64,000 bases of DNA. Source: Candidatus Kaiserbacteria bacterium RIFCSPHIGHO2_01_FULL_58_22 (GTDB taxonomy: Bacteria; Patescibacteriota; Minisyncoccia; Phycocordibacterales; UBA2100). The notes under the pieces were generated by a model. The model did not search any database and was not told the origin of the DNA. It saw nothing but the letters and a program-made list of their open reading frames with translations. The DNA lies in contig MFLB01000034.1 of NCBI GenBank assembly GCA_001781445.1, forward strand, positions 17,793 to 81,792. The letters run 5' to 3'. This document shows positions 1 through 8,173 of the stretch, one piece after another (the stretch's first letter is position 1; every line of letters starts with the position of its first letter). The position numbers were made by a program, and so were the translations under genes.

Positions 1-47
1 TTTCGGCTCTTGACTGGCGGCGCGGATGCGCCATACTTTCCCGCATT

Positions 48-776
48 ATGAAAAGCACCTACGCGTGGGTCGTGGCATTAGCACTAATTCTTATCGGCGG
101 ATACTGGTTTATCAATCAGAGCAAAGCGGAAGACGCCGCGGGCGATCTCGGCTCGTACGTCTACCGGTGCGAAGGCGGCGCAGAGTTCACGATGACGCCG
201 GCTTCCGACGCCTCTTCCATTCGGCTTTCGCCCGGTGCGGGCGCGAGCTTCGCCGAGACGACGCTAGTGAAAACGGAGTCGACCGCAGGAGCGCGCTACG
301 AAGGCGGGGGCGTAGTCTTTATCGGCGCGGGCGAGGGTGTGACGCTCACGACGGACGGCACGACGCTCGTCTGCGAGCCGGCGCCGAGCGCGGACGTGGC
401 GCCCTGGAACTGGGGCGACGCGGGCGAGGGCGGCGGCGAGAAGCAGGACGTCGGGCTCATCGTGAGCGAATCAATAGTCGGTAAATGGCAGAGTGTCGAT
501 GACGAGAAATTCACGCGCGAATTCAAGGCCGACGGCACGGCGGTCGACCGGTATGACAACGAAAGCGCTTCGAGCGGCACGTGGAAGGTGTTCACGAAGG
601 AGGATCCGGCGGAGGTTTTGTTCCCGATAGCAGACGACGCGGTCTACATCCAGATGACGATGCAGGGCACGCAGGCCGACAAGCTGAACTTCAAGCTCGC
701 TAAACTCACGCCCGAGGAGCTTGAGCTCGTCTACATGGATCGCGGCGGCGTTCTTCGTTTCAGGCGCGTACAGTAA
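48..776 (+). CDS. Membrane-anchored protein with MliC-like (lysozyme inhibitor) domain and a C-terminal beta-rich domain
   Basis: N-terminal TM helix; YRCEGG...STAGARYEGGG resembles the MliC SxSGARY motif; second Cys in LVCE. Confidence 0.55.
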   Translation: MKSTYAWVVALALILIGGYWFINQSKAEDAAGDLGSYVYRCEGGAEFTMTPASDASSIRLSPGAGASFAETTLVKTESTAGARYEGGGVVFIGAGEGVTLTTDGTTLVCEPAPSADVAPWNWGDAGEGGGEKQDVGLIVSESIVGKWQSVDDEKFTREFKADGTAVDRYDNESASSGTWKVFTKEDPAEVLFPIADDAVYIQMTMQGTQADKLNFKLAKLTPEELELVYMDRGGVLRFRRVQ

Positions 777-782
777 GGCGCT

Positions 783-908
783 ATGGCGAAACGCAGAAGT
801 CAGGACATCAGGCGGAAGAAGTCGCGCTCGAAGAAGACCAAGAAGCGCCTTGAGGCGAAGCGGCTGATGCTTGTTGCGAAGGCCGCTGGCAGGAGGGGAA
901 TGCGCTAG
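783..908 (+). CDS. 41-aa highly basic small protein (not in ORF track)
   Basis: ATG 783 to TAG 908 gives MAKRRSQDIRRKKSRSKKTKKRLEAKRLMLVAKAAGRRGMR; starts 7 nt after upstream stop. Confidence 0.5.
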   Translation: MAKRRSQDIRRKKSRSKKTKKRLEAKRLMLVAKAAGRRGMR

Positions 909-940
909 CCCGCCGCTTGCGCGCTATCCCCGCGGGCGCA

Positions 941-969
941 TTGCGCGATACCCCCTAGGGGTATACAAT
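941..969 (+). promoter_or_regulatory. Sigma70-type promoter with CsoR operator ATACCCC-CTA-GGGGTAT (948-964)
   Basis: TTGCGC-17-TACAAT; C/G-tract palindrome typical of CsoR boxes; directly upstream of csoR-like gene. Confidence 0.85.
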
Positions 970-975
970 GGCGAT

Positions 976-1245
976 ATGTATGCGGGCATAAAAAAGAATG
1001 TGCTGAATCGCCTGAAGCGCCTCGAGGGGCAGGTGCGGGGATTGCAGGCAATGGTCGCTAAGGGCGCGTACTGCGTCGACGTCATCACGCAATCCTCCGC
1101 CGTGCGGAGCGCGCTCTCCTCGGTCGAGGATCTGATGCTGGAGAACCACCTCAAGGAGCATGTCGTGCATCAGATGCGCCGCCGGCAGGAAAAGCGCGCG
1201 ATCCGCGAGATACTCGGCGTCTTCAAGCGCGCGAAGCGGAAATAA
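976..1245 (+). CDS. csoR: CsoR/RcnR-family metal-sensing repressor
   Basis: NRLKRLEGQVRG...YCVDVITQ...LENHLKEHV; start moved to ATG 976. Confidence 0.88.
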   Translation: MYAGIKKNVLNRLKRLEGQVRGLQAMVAKGAYCVDVITQSSAVRSALSSVEDLMLENHLKEHVVHQMRRRQEKRAIREILGVFKRAKRK

Positions 1246-1253
1246 TAACGAAT

Positions 1254-1610
1254 ATGAACCCGCAAACCGGCAGAGTGATAAGCGTCGCGCTCCTCGTCGT
1301 TTTCGTCGTTCTCGCCTCGCTAGCGTGCGTGAGCGTCGTCGTGCCCATGGCGGAACCCTGCGGCGGATCGCACGCATCTCCAGTGTTCTGCGCCGCGATA
1401 ACCTTCCACCGGACCATCGTCGGCGCGCTCCCGGCGTTCCCGGCGCTCGCGCTCATTCTCGCGATCGCGGCGCTTTTCGTGCGTTTTGAGTTCGGCCGCG
1501 CCGGCAAACATGAGTACGCGAGTCGCGTGCGCCGGCGCGCGCAGGCGGCGAGCGAGCAGGCAGGCCCGTCGCCGTTCTTGGATTTTCAAGTGATGCCGCG
1601 CGCGCCCTAG
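1254..1610 (+). CDS. Hypothetical membrane protein
   Basis: Two hydrophobic segments flanking a Cys/His loop; 8 nt after csoR. Confidence 0.55.
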   Translation: MNPQTGRVISVALLVVFVVLASLACVSVVVPMAEPCGGSHASPVFCAAITFHRTIVGALPAFPALALILAIAALFVRFEFGRAGKHEYASRVRRRAQAASEQAGPSPFLDFQVMPRAP

Positions 1611-1650
1611 GCGCGAGCGTTCTCGTTTACCATTTTCACCGATTCTACCT

Positions 1651-2079
1651 ATGGAACAGAACAATAATGCGTTCATTATCGGAGCCGTTGCCGTTGTTGC
1701 GGCGCTCGTGATCGGCTACTGGTTCGGCGGCGCCGCGCTCGCATATCGCATGCCTTTCGGCGGCGCGGGATACGGTCCGGGCATGATGGGCGGCGGAGGC
1801 ATGATGGGCGGAGGCATGATGGGCTGGGGCGGCTCGTATGGCATGCCCTACGGCATGCGAGGCATGATGGGCGGCTGGGATGCCCGGGAGGCGGAGTACG
1901 ACCAGTCGTTCCTCGCCGCAATGATAATGCATCATCAGGGCGCGCTCCTCATGGCGCAAGACGCTCTCTCGGAAGCGAAGCACGAGGAGCTGAAACAGCT
2001 CGCGCGGGACATCATCGAGGCACAGACGAAAGAGATAGAGCAGATGCAGGCGTGGCAGAATGCGTGGGCAAGCGAATAG
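1651..2079 (+). CDS. DUF305/CopM-like Met/His-rich copper-binding protein
   Basis: GMMGG repeats; FLAAMIMHHQGA and ELKQLARDIIEAQTKEIEQMQAW. Confidence 0.85.
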   Translation: MEQNNNAFIIGAVAVVAALVIGYWFGGAALAYRMPFGGAGYGPGMMGGGGMMGGGMMGWGGSYGMPYGMRGMMGGWDAREAEYDQSFLAAMIMHHQGALLMAQDALSEAKHEELKQLARDIIEAQTKEIEQMQAWQNAWASE

Positions 2080-2083
2080 GCCT

Positions 2084-2551
2084 ATGCGAACCACCCACAT
2101 TGCGGCAGGCATCGTCCTCGCCGCGGCCTTGGCGGGGGTCTTCGTTCTCGCCGGCGGCGATCCGCGCTCCGGCGCGCCGGAGAAAGCGGCGGTCGCGCTC
2201 CATAAATCCGCCGCTTGCGGCTGTTGCGGCGTCTACGGCAGTTACCTGCGGCGGGAGGGGTACGGCGTCGAGGTCCACAACACGAACGACCTTGCAGCGA
2301 AGAAGCGCGAACTCGGCGTGCCGCGCGAATTGGAAAGCTGCCACACGAGCGAGGTCGGCGGCTATGTCGTCGAGGGGCACGTGCCGGAGGAGGCGATCGC
2401 GAAACTCCTTCAAGAGAAGCCGGACATCGTGGGCATCGGGATGGGCGGCATGCCTTCCGGCTCGCCGGGTATGCCGGGGCCGAAGCAGGGGCCGTTCGTC
2501 ATCTACGAGATCGGGCGCGGCTCGCTGGGCGGCGTCTTCATGACGCTCTGA
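2084..2551 (+). CDS. DUF411/CopG-like metal-binding protein
   Basis: CGCC, SCHT, YVVEGHVP, GMPSGSPGM motifs. Confidence 0.88.
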   Translation: MRTTHIAAGIVLAAALAGVFVLAGGDPRSGAPEKAAVALHKSAACGCCGVYGSYLRREGYGVEVHNTNDLAAKKRELGVPRELESCHTSEVGGYVVEGHVPEEAIAKLLQEKPDIVGIGMGGMPSGSPGMPGPKQGPFVIYEIGRGSLGGVFMTL

Positions 2552-2559
2552 ACGGCTAT

Positions 2560-3081
2560 ATGAAGAAACTCGCATTCTTCTCGGCGCCGCTCGTCGCGCT
2601 CGCGCCGAAGACGGCGCTCGCGCATTGTCCCCTGTGTACCGTGGGAGCAGGCGCGCTCGCGCTCTTCGCGGCATACCTCGGCGTCTCCACGGTCGTTGTC
2701 GGCGTTCTCGTCGGCGCTTTCGCGCTCGCGCTCGCGCTCTGGCTCGCGCCTATGGTGAAGAAAGAGTACGTGCCGTATCAGAAGCCGCTTATCGCCACGC
2801 TTGTCTTTCTCTCGACAGTTCTGCCCGTCATGCCGCTCATCCGGGAGTACGGCCCTCTCTACGTCTCGCTCGGCGGGGAGTACGGCACGATCTTCCACAA
2901 CACCTACACCGTAAATCTTTTCGTCCTCGGCGCGGCTCTCGGCGCCGCGCTCGTCGCTCTCGCTCCCGTCTTCAGTCGCGCGCTGACGAGAGTGCGCGGC
3001 GGGCAGATGCCCTATCAGGGCATGGCGCTCACGCTCGGGCTCCTCATTGCCGCCTCGGTCATCATTCAGGTATGGCCGTAG
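2560..3081 (+). CDS. Hypothetical multi-TM protein with HCPLC motif
   Basis: MKKLAFF start; signal-like segment, AHCPLCT, about 5 hydrophobic helices. Confidence 0.7.
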   Translation: MKKLAFFSAPLVALAPKTALAHCPLCTVGAGALALFAAYLGVSTVVVGVLVGAFALALALWLAPMVKKEYVPYQKPLIATLVFLSTVLPVMPLIREYGPLYVSLGGEYGTIFHNTYTVNLFVLGAALGAALVALAPVFSRALTRVRGGQMPYQGMALTLGLLIAASVIIQVWP

Positions 3082-3512
3082 GACTCGCCGAAGTACTCCT
3101 CGCCGCCTCGGCGCTCTTCTTCGTATTCCTTGCCGCGCGCGCCTTCGGCTTCAAGGCGTGCGCGGCGTGCGCCGCCTTCGCATGCGCGTGGCTCGGGCTC
3201 CTCGCGCTCCGCTACTTCGGAGAAGACATAGACCCGGCGCTCATCGGGGTCCTGATGGGCGGGAGCGTCGTCGGCGTCATGTATCTCTTGCGGGAGAAAC
3301 TGCCGGAGGAGTACCGGCTCTTCACGTTTCCCTTTCTAGCGACCTTCTTCGCGCTCGCGTATCTCCTCCTTGCAGACGTCCCCATCAAGGGAAGCGCGTA
3401 CCTTCTTCTCGCAGCGCTCTGGCTCGGGTTCGGGATAATCTTTCTCGCGCGGAACAATGAGGCGGTGAAAGGCGCGGCACAAAAGCTTATCGAGTGCTGT
3501 AAAAATTGGTAA
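3072..3512 (+). CDS. Hypothetical multi-TM protein with CAAC and C-terminal CC
   Basis: Overlaps upstream stop; ends LIECCKNW. Confidence 0.7.
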   Translation: MAVGLAEVLLAASALFFVFLAARAFGFKACAACAAFACAWLGLLALRYFGEDIDPALIGVLMGGSVVGVMYLLREKLPEEYRLFTFPFLATFFALAYLLLADVPIKGSAYLLLAALWLGFGIIFLARNNEAVKGAAQKLIECCKNW

Positions 3513-3514
3513 CC

Positions 3515-4402
3515 ATGGAAACACACATGAATTATTGGAAGCTCTCGACCATCGTGCTCGCGCTCGTCGTACTCGCTGGCGTTGAGAACGCGCTTCCCGG
3601 GCGCGCGGCGCCTCCGGACGCCGCGCGCCGAAGCGTCGACATCGAAAAGCTCGCAGAGAATGTCATTCCCGAAGATGGCGTCGCGCTTCCTATCCGTTGG
3701 GGCAACCTTGGGAAGCGCATGGTGGAGGCGGGCGTGATAGATACAGATGCATTCAACCAGCTCTACGCAGGGCGCGGCGGTTTGAGCGCGCAGGGGAGCG
3801 CGATGCTCGGAGGCGACCATGGGGAACCGGTAGTTATTGGCCGGGAGAACGCGGGAGAACTCCTAAATCTATTTTGGGCATTGGGGCTCGGTAATGCGAA
3901 TCCCATTCTTGCCGACGCCGAAGAAATGATGAACCCGGCGTATGGAGGCGCGGGCGGATTCGCCGCAACCGGCGGCTGGACCCTTGCGAACGGAGATCCC
4001 ATGAACCACTACAACGCTCATGCGCTGGTCTCGATCACGCCGGAGGAGCAATCCCTGGTGGAGCGCGTGAGCGAGAACATCCACCGCCCCTGTTGCGGGA
4101 ATTCTGCGCATTTTCCCGACTGCAATCACGGGATGGCGATGCTCGGTCTCCTCGAACTCCTTGCCGCGAACGGCGCGAGCGAGGAGGAGATGTACGAAAC
4201 AGCGCTCGCCGCGAACTCATACTGGTTTCCCGACACCTACCTCGTCATCGGGCAGTACCTCGCCGAGCAAGGAACCGCATGGGAGGACGCCGACCCGAAA
4301 GAAATCCTCGGCGTTGCCTATTCAAGCGCCGAGGGCTACCAGCGCATCATGAGCATGGTCGAGGGGCCCGTGCAGAACGGGGGAGGGAGCTGTGGTGCGT
4401 AG
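3515..4402 (+). CDS. Exported hypothetical protein with RPCC...DCNHG Cys/His cluster
   Basis: N-terminal TM; HRPCCGNSAHFPDCNHG; ends GGGSCGA. Confidence 0.75.
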   Translation: METHMNYWKLSTIVLALVVLAGVENALPGRAAPPDAARRSVDIEKLAENVIPEDGVALPIRWGNLGKRMVEAGVIDTDAFNQLYAGRGGLSAQGSAMLGGDHGEPVVIGRENAGELLNLFWALGLGNANPILADAEEMMNPAYGGAGGFAATGGWTLANGDPMNHYNAHALVSITPEEQSLVERVSENIHRPCCGNSAHFPDCNHGMAMLGLLELLAANGASEEEMYETALAANSYWFPDTYLVIGQYLAEQGTAWEDADPKEILGVAYSSAEGYQRIMSMVEGPVQNGGGSCGA

Positions 4403-4407
4403 GTATC
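4369..4407 (+). repeat. 39-bp perfect direct repeat, copy 1
   Basis: CGTGCAGAACGGGGGAGGGAGCTGTGGTGCGTAGGTATC, identical at 7657-7695. Confidence 0.97.
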
Positions 4408-4455
4408 CTTACATGGCAAGTCGCCAGAGATGAACAATAAGTAACGAAAACAGTC

Positions 4456-5031
4456 ATGAGCACTAAACAATTACAGATCAGCGTAATAGCGGCGCTCCTC
4501 CTTATAGGAGGCGCGTACTACTTCAGTGCAACGCCTCGAACTCCGCTCCCGCGTATCACCGACGAAATTCTCGCGGCTAAGTTTGATGTCTTGAGCAAGC
4601 GTGGCAACTCGTCGTGTTCTGCCGCGTTCGCCGACTCGATAGACACGATGGCCGATACAGCGCGGTTTCAGGGCTCGTGTTGCAGTCCGATGGATACGCA
4701 TCGCTATGAAGAACAAATCACGGGACTCACAAAATTCAAAGATATTCCAGACATACCGACAGACCCGTATGACATTGATGCCGGCTTGGCAAAAATGTTT
4801 AAAGACTACTACGATGTAGAACTTACTCCCGAAGAACAGACGGCATATGACTACGCGATACGTAATTCAAACGAGAAGGGGCCGTGCTGTTGTAAGTGCT
4901 GGAGATGGTATGTTTACGGGGGCTTGGGAAAGTTACTCATTCAGAAATACGGGTTTACCGGCGAGCAAGTTACGCAGGTCTGGGACCTTTCAGACGGTTG
5001 TGGCGGCGAGGGTGAACACGTCAATCATTAG
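4456..5031 (+). CDS. Exported Cys-rich hypothetical protein
   Basis: TM helix; GSCC, GPCCCKCWRW, DGCGG. Confidence 0.75.
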   Translation: MSTKQLQISVIAALLLIGGAYYFSATPRTPLPRITDEILAAKFDVLSKRGNSSCSAAFADSIDTMADTARFQGSCCSPMDTHRYEEQITGLTKFKDIPDIPTDPYDIDAGLAKMFKDYYDVELTPEEQTAYDYAIRNSNEKGPCCCKCWRWYVYGGLGKLLIQKYGFTGEQVTQVWDLSDGCGGEGEHVNH

Positions 5032-5051
5032 CGGTCATCAATGCAAAATGT

Positions 5052-5528
5052 ATGAAATACTTCTTTATCGGCATCGGGGCGCTCGTCGCTCTCGCGCTCG
5101 GGGCGACGCTCTTCACCTCGCCTTCGGATCAGAGCGGCCCGAGTGATCCGAACATCCTCGCGGTCGGCGGCATGCACTGGCATCCGAGCATTCGCATCTT
5201 CGTCAAAGGTGAGGAGGTGGAAATACCCCAGAATGTCGGCATCGGGGCAGTGCATCAACCGATGCATACGCACGACGACCTTCCCATTATTCACCTTGAA
5301 TTCCCGGCAATCGTTCGCAAGGACGACATCCGGCTTGGCCGCTTCTTCGAAATATGGGGGCGCAATATGCGCTCGTTCGGGGAGGATATGCTCCCGAGCG
5401 ACGAGCGAGGCAGTACTGAAGCCAGTGGGCTGAATGTGCGCATGACGGTGAACGGCAAAGAAAACATCGAGCACGAGAACTACGTCATGCGCGACAAGGA
5501 CGTAATAGAATTACACTACGACTACTAA
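5052..5528 (+). CDS. Exported His-motif hypothetical protein
   Basis: TM helix; MHWH, HTHD, IHLE. Confidence 0.75.
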   Translation: MKYFFIGIGALVALALGATLFTSPSDQSGPSDPNILAVGGMHWHPSIRIFVKGEEVEIPQNVGIGAVHQPMHTHDDLPIIHLEFPAIVRKDDIRLGRFFEIWGRNMRSFGEDMLPSDERGSTEASGLNVRMTVNGKENIEHENYVMRDKDVIELHYDY

Positions 5529-5599
5529 TGACTGAAAACCTGCGAATACGAGTCTAAGTGAGCTCCGAGTCTGATGCCGAGGGATTGTGGGCGAGAGAG

Positions 5600-5627
5600 C
5601 TATAGCGCGTTACCTATAGCGCGTTAC
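5600..5627. repeat. 14-bp tandem duplication CTATAGCGCGTTAC x2
   Basis: Read directly; abuts the -35 of the abiE promoter. Confidence 0.9.
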
Positions 5628-5628
5628 C

Positions 5629-5657
5629 TTGACTAGATATTTCAGATATGATACATT
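5629..5657 (+). promoter_or_regulatory. Putative promoter of abiEi-abiEii
   Basis: TTGACT-17-TACATT with TGn extension; ATG at 5670. Confidence 0.6.
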
Positions 5658-5669
5658 ATTGTCATAGTT

Positions 5670-6287
5670 ATGAAAAGTAAGAAAAACCTGCTGGAACAGC
5701 TGAATAATTTGCCCCATTTCACCAAAAGCACAGTGTATCAGCTCGGTAGTCAGTTAGGGTTAAAAAACAGTACGCTGAATACCTACATCAGCCGCTTTGT
5801 GAAGCGCAAGGATATTTTGCCGCTGAAAAACGGCCTGTATATCTCTGCCAAATTTTTCGCAGACAATAGAAGCGATATCTCGTACTCTTTCTACCTCGCA
5901 AACATACTCCGTACGCCATCGTACGTAAGTTCGTGGACCGCACTCCAGTACTACAATTTCACTACCGAGGCGATACGCTCCATCACGTCAATTACGTCGA
6001 AAGTCACACGGGATTACGAGACGAAGGCCGGCGCTTTTTCATATCAGTCAATCAACAGAAAACTTTTTTCGGACTACTCGCTCGTCAAAGGAAAATTTGA
6101 TTTCTACATCGCCTCGCCGTCTAAGGCGTTGTTTGACTTGCTGTACTTTAGGACGCACCAGTTCCGAGGCGTCCGGTTTGAAGACATTATAAAAATGGTA
6201 GAAGAATTGCGGATAGATATTGACGAAATGGACGAGGCGGAACGAAGCAATTTCTATGAAAAAGTAAAAGCATATCTCCATGAGTGA
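5670..6287 (+). CDS. AbiEi-type antitoxin / transcriptional regulator
   Basis: LKNGLY, PSYVSSWTALQYY, IASPSKALFDLLY; overlaps abiEii; lower GC than flanks. Confidence 0.8.
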   Translation: MKSKKNLLEQLNNLPHFTKSTVYQLGSQLGLKNSTLNTYISRFVKRKDILPLKNGLYISAKFFADNRSDISYSFYLANILRTPSYVSSWTALQYYNFTTEAIRSITSITSKVTRDYETKAGAFSYQSINRKLFSDYSLVKGKFDFYIASPSKALFDLLYFRTHQFRGVRFEDIIKMVEELRIDIDEMDEAERSNFYEKVKAYLHE

Positions 6288-7593
6288 TCGTATTATTGCC
6301 ATCTTAAAGAAAGAACTCGATGAGCTTGCCGTCCATGGCGAGTTGAGAGCTGATGTCCGTCAGAACAAGCTCAAGGAAGCACTACAGTACCTTGTTCTTG
6401 ACTTTATCTATCACCACCCAGAATACAGCAAGTGGGTAATGTATGGTGGATCAGCGTTACGCATTATTCACGGGCTTGACCGTATGTCAGTAGATTTAGA
6501 TTTTGAAGTCGCACATGATGTAGACAAAACGTTCTTGGAAGAATTGAGGAAGGAGACTGAAACGCACTTCGCAAACACATATGGAACTACCGGCGATTTT
6601 TTTACACTAAAGATAATCTCGACCAGAAGCTTGCTTCTAAAATTCAACGTCGGAAATGTTCTAGACTTTGGACATACATCTAAGCAGGTGCATGTCAAAA
6701 TTGACCTCAATCATTTTGTTGCCCCAAAGACCGTAACGGAACGTAGGCCCATTAATCACGGTCAGACATCCTTCGTGATTTTGACCTACAACAAGGGCGC
6801 ACTTATGGCGAGTAAAATTGCTGCCATACTTCTGCGCGAAGAGCGGGGTGTTGGAAATAATACATACAATTACAAAGGTCGGGATATTTATGACCTGCTC
6901 TGGTACATGAAAGAAAAAACAACACCGGATTTCGACTACCTAAATGCGAAACTTACGGAAAGGAAAAAGGCAATACCGGATATACGGACACTATTCGACA
7001 CGCTTACGGTAGACATTCTAAATTACGAAAAAATGGACGATTGTCTGAAAGACGATCTCTCATATCTCTTTGAGAATCCGCATCAGTTTGATACATGGTC
7101 ACGGACTTGGCGGGACAGTTATCTGCGATATCTTAACGACTATAAAATTCGTATCATCACCAAACTTGATAAAATTCGTGTAAACCATTGGGTTCTAATA
7201 GGGAAAGCAGATGAGCATGATTTTGAATATTGGTATAAAACAACTGAGAATAGTCTTGGGCGGATTGTATATAGATTACACGAGGACTGCATTATCTATG
7301 GGGAACATGACGTATCTGTCGAAATCGACGAAGAACTAGAAGGTCTAATTGAATTCTCGAGCAACATCCTCTATTCCAGAACAGAAGCGGAAGAAAAGAA
7401 ACTCAAACGGTACGCAACACTCTTTCACAAGAAAACAGAGAACTATTTTAAGAAAACGAATCGCGTCATGCTCGGAGATGTCATTGCTACAAAAGTCATC
7501 CGAATGACAGCTGATAATCTCAATCCAAAGGAGCAGATTTTGCTCAATCGGTCGGCGCTGGAATCCCGTGAACTAGATGACTTCTTGAAGTAA
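6280..7593 (+). CDS. AbiEii-family nucleotidyltransferase toxin with C-terminal extension
   Basis: MYGGSALRIIHGLDRMSVDLDF, ASKIAAILLR, KGRDIYDLLW. Confidence 0.88.
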   Translation: MSDRIIAILKKELDELAVHGELRADVRQNKLKEALQYLVLDFIYHHPEYSKWVMYGGSALRIIHGLDRMSVDLDFEVAHDVDKTFLEELRKETETHFANTYGTTGDFFTLKIISTRSLLLKFNVGNVLDFGHTSKQVHVKIDLNHFVAPKTVTERRPINHGQTSFVILTYNKGALMASKIAAILLREERGVGNNTYNYKGRDIYDLLWYMKEKTTPDFDYLNAKLTERKKAIPDIRTLFDTLTVDILNYEKMDDCLKDDLSYLFENPHQFDTWSRTWRDSYLRYLNDYKIRIITKLDKIRVNHWVLIGKADEHDFEYWYKTTENSLGRIVYRLHEDCIIYGEHDVSVEIDEELEGLIEFSSNILYSRTEAEEKKLKRYATLFHKKTENYFKKTNRVMLGDVIATKVIRMTADNLNPKEQILLNRSALESRELDDFLK

Positions 7594-7609
7594 AGTGAAG
7601 CGTAAATCC

Positions 7610-7690
7610 ATGAAAAAATCGCTGATTGAAGAACTACCAAAAATTGTCGTCGAGTTCGTGCAGAACGGGGGAGGGAGCTGTGGTGCGTAG
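7610..7690 (+). pseudogene. 26-aa chimeric remnant ORF MKKSLIEELPKIVVEF-VQNGGGSCGA
   Basis: Last 10 codons are the duplicated 3' end of 3515-4402, in the same frame. Confidence 0.55.
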
Positions 7691-7695
7691 GTATC
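7657..7695 (+). repeat. 39-bp perfect direct repeat, copy 2
   Basis: Identical to 4369-4407. Confidence 0.97.
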
Positions 7696-7723
7696 AGAAA
7701 AGTGATACATTGGAAGCAATCAT

Positions 7724-8047
7724 ATGAAACTCGGCATAATCTTACAATCCAACAAGCCGGAACACGCGTGGAATACGTTCCGCCTTGGCATCGCCGCGCT
7801 TAAAGCCGATCATCACGCGGAGATTTTCCTGATGAGCGAGGGGTCGGAGCTGGACGACATCCCGGACAGCGAAGACTTTGACGTTTCCGCGAAAGTCGCG
7901 GAATTCAAGGAACTGAAAGGCGCGATATACGCGTGCGGCTCGTGTCTGAAAGTGCGCGGCAGGGAAAGCGGGACGTGTCCGGTCTCCACGATGTCCGACT
8001 TGCTCGCCATGGTCGAAAGTTCGGACAAAGTGCTGGTTTTCGGATAG
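7724..8047 (+). CDS. DsrE/DsrF-like family protein
   Basis: AWNTFRLG, IFLMSEG, YACGSCLKVR, CPVSTM. Confidence 0.8.
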   Translation: MKLGIILQSNKPEHAWNTFRLGIAALKADHHAEIFLMSEGSELDDIPDSEDFDVSAKVAEFKELKGAIYACGSCLKVRGRESGTCPVSTMSDLLAMVESSDKVLVFG

Positions 8048-8139
8048 TCGCACGAGTGATGTTCGACCCGCGAGGCCGAACGCACCCCGTGAAATAGGGA
8101 TAAGCGCGGTCGCATGACCGGATATGCGCGGCACGGCGA

Positions 8140-8167
8140 TTGACAGGATACCCCCTGGGGGTATCAT
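8140..8167 (+). promoter_or_regulatory. Promoter with second CsoR operator GATACCCCC-T-GGGGGTATC (8147-8165)
   Basis: TTGACA-16-TATCAT; operator nearly identical to 948-964. Confidence 0.88.
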
Positions 8168-8173
8168 GGAAAT

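Noticed and set aside
1786-1880. GGCATGATGGGC repeats as a DNA element
   Set aside because: Explained by the GMMGG protein repeats of a DUF305 protein.
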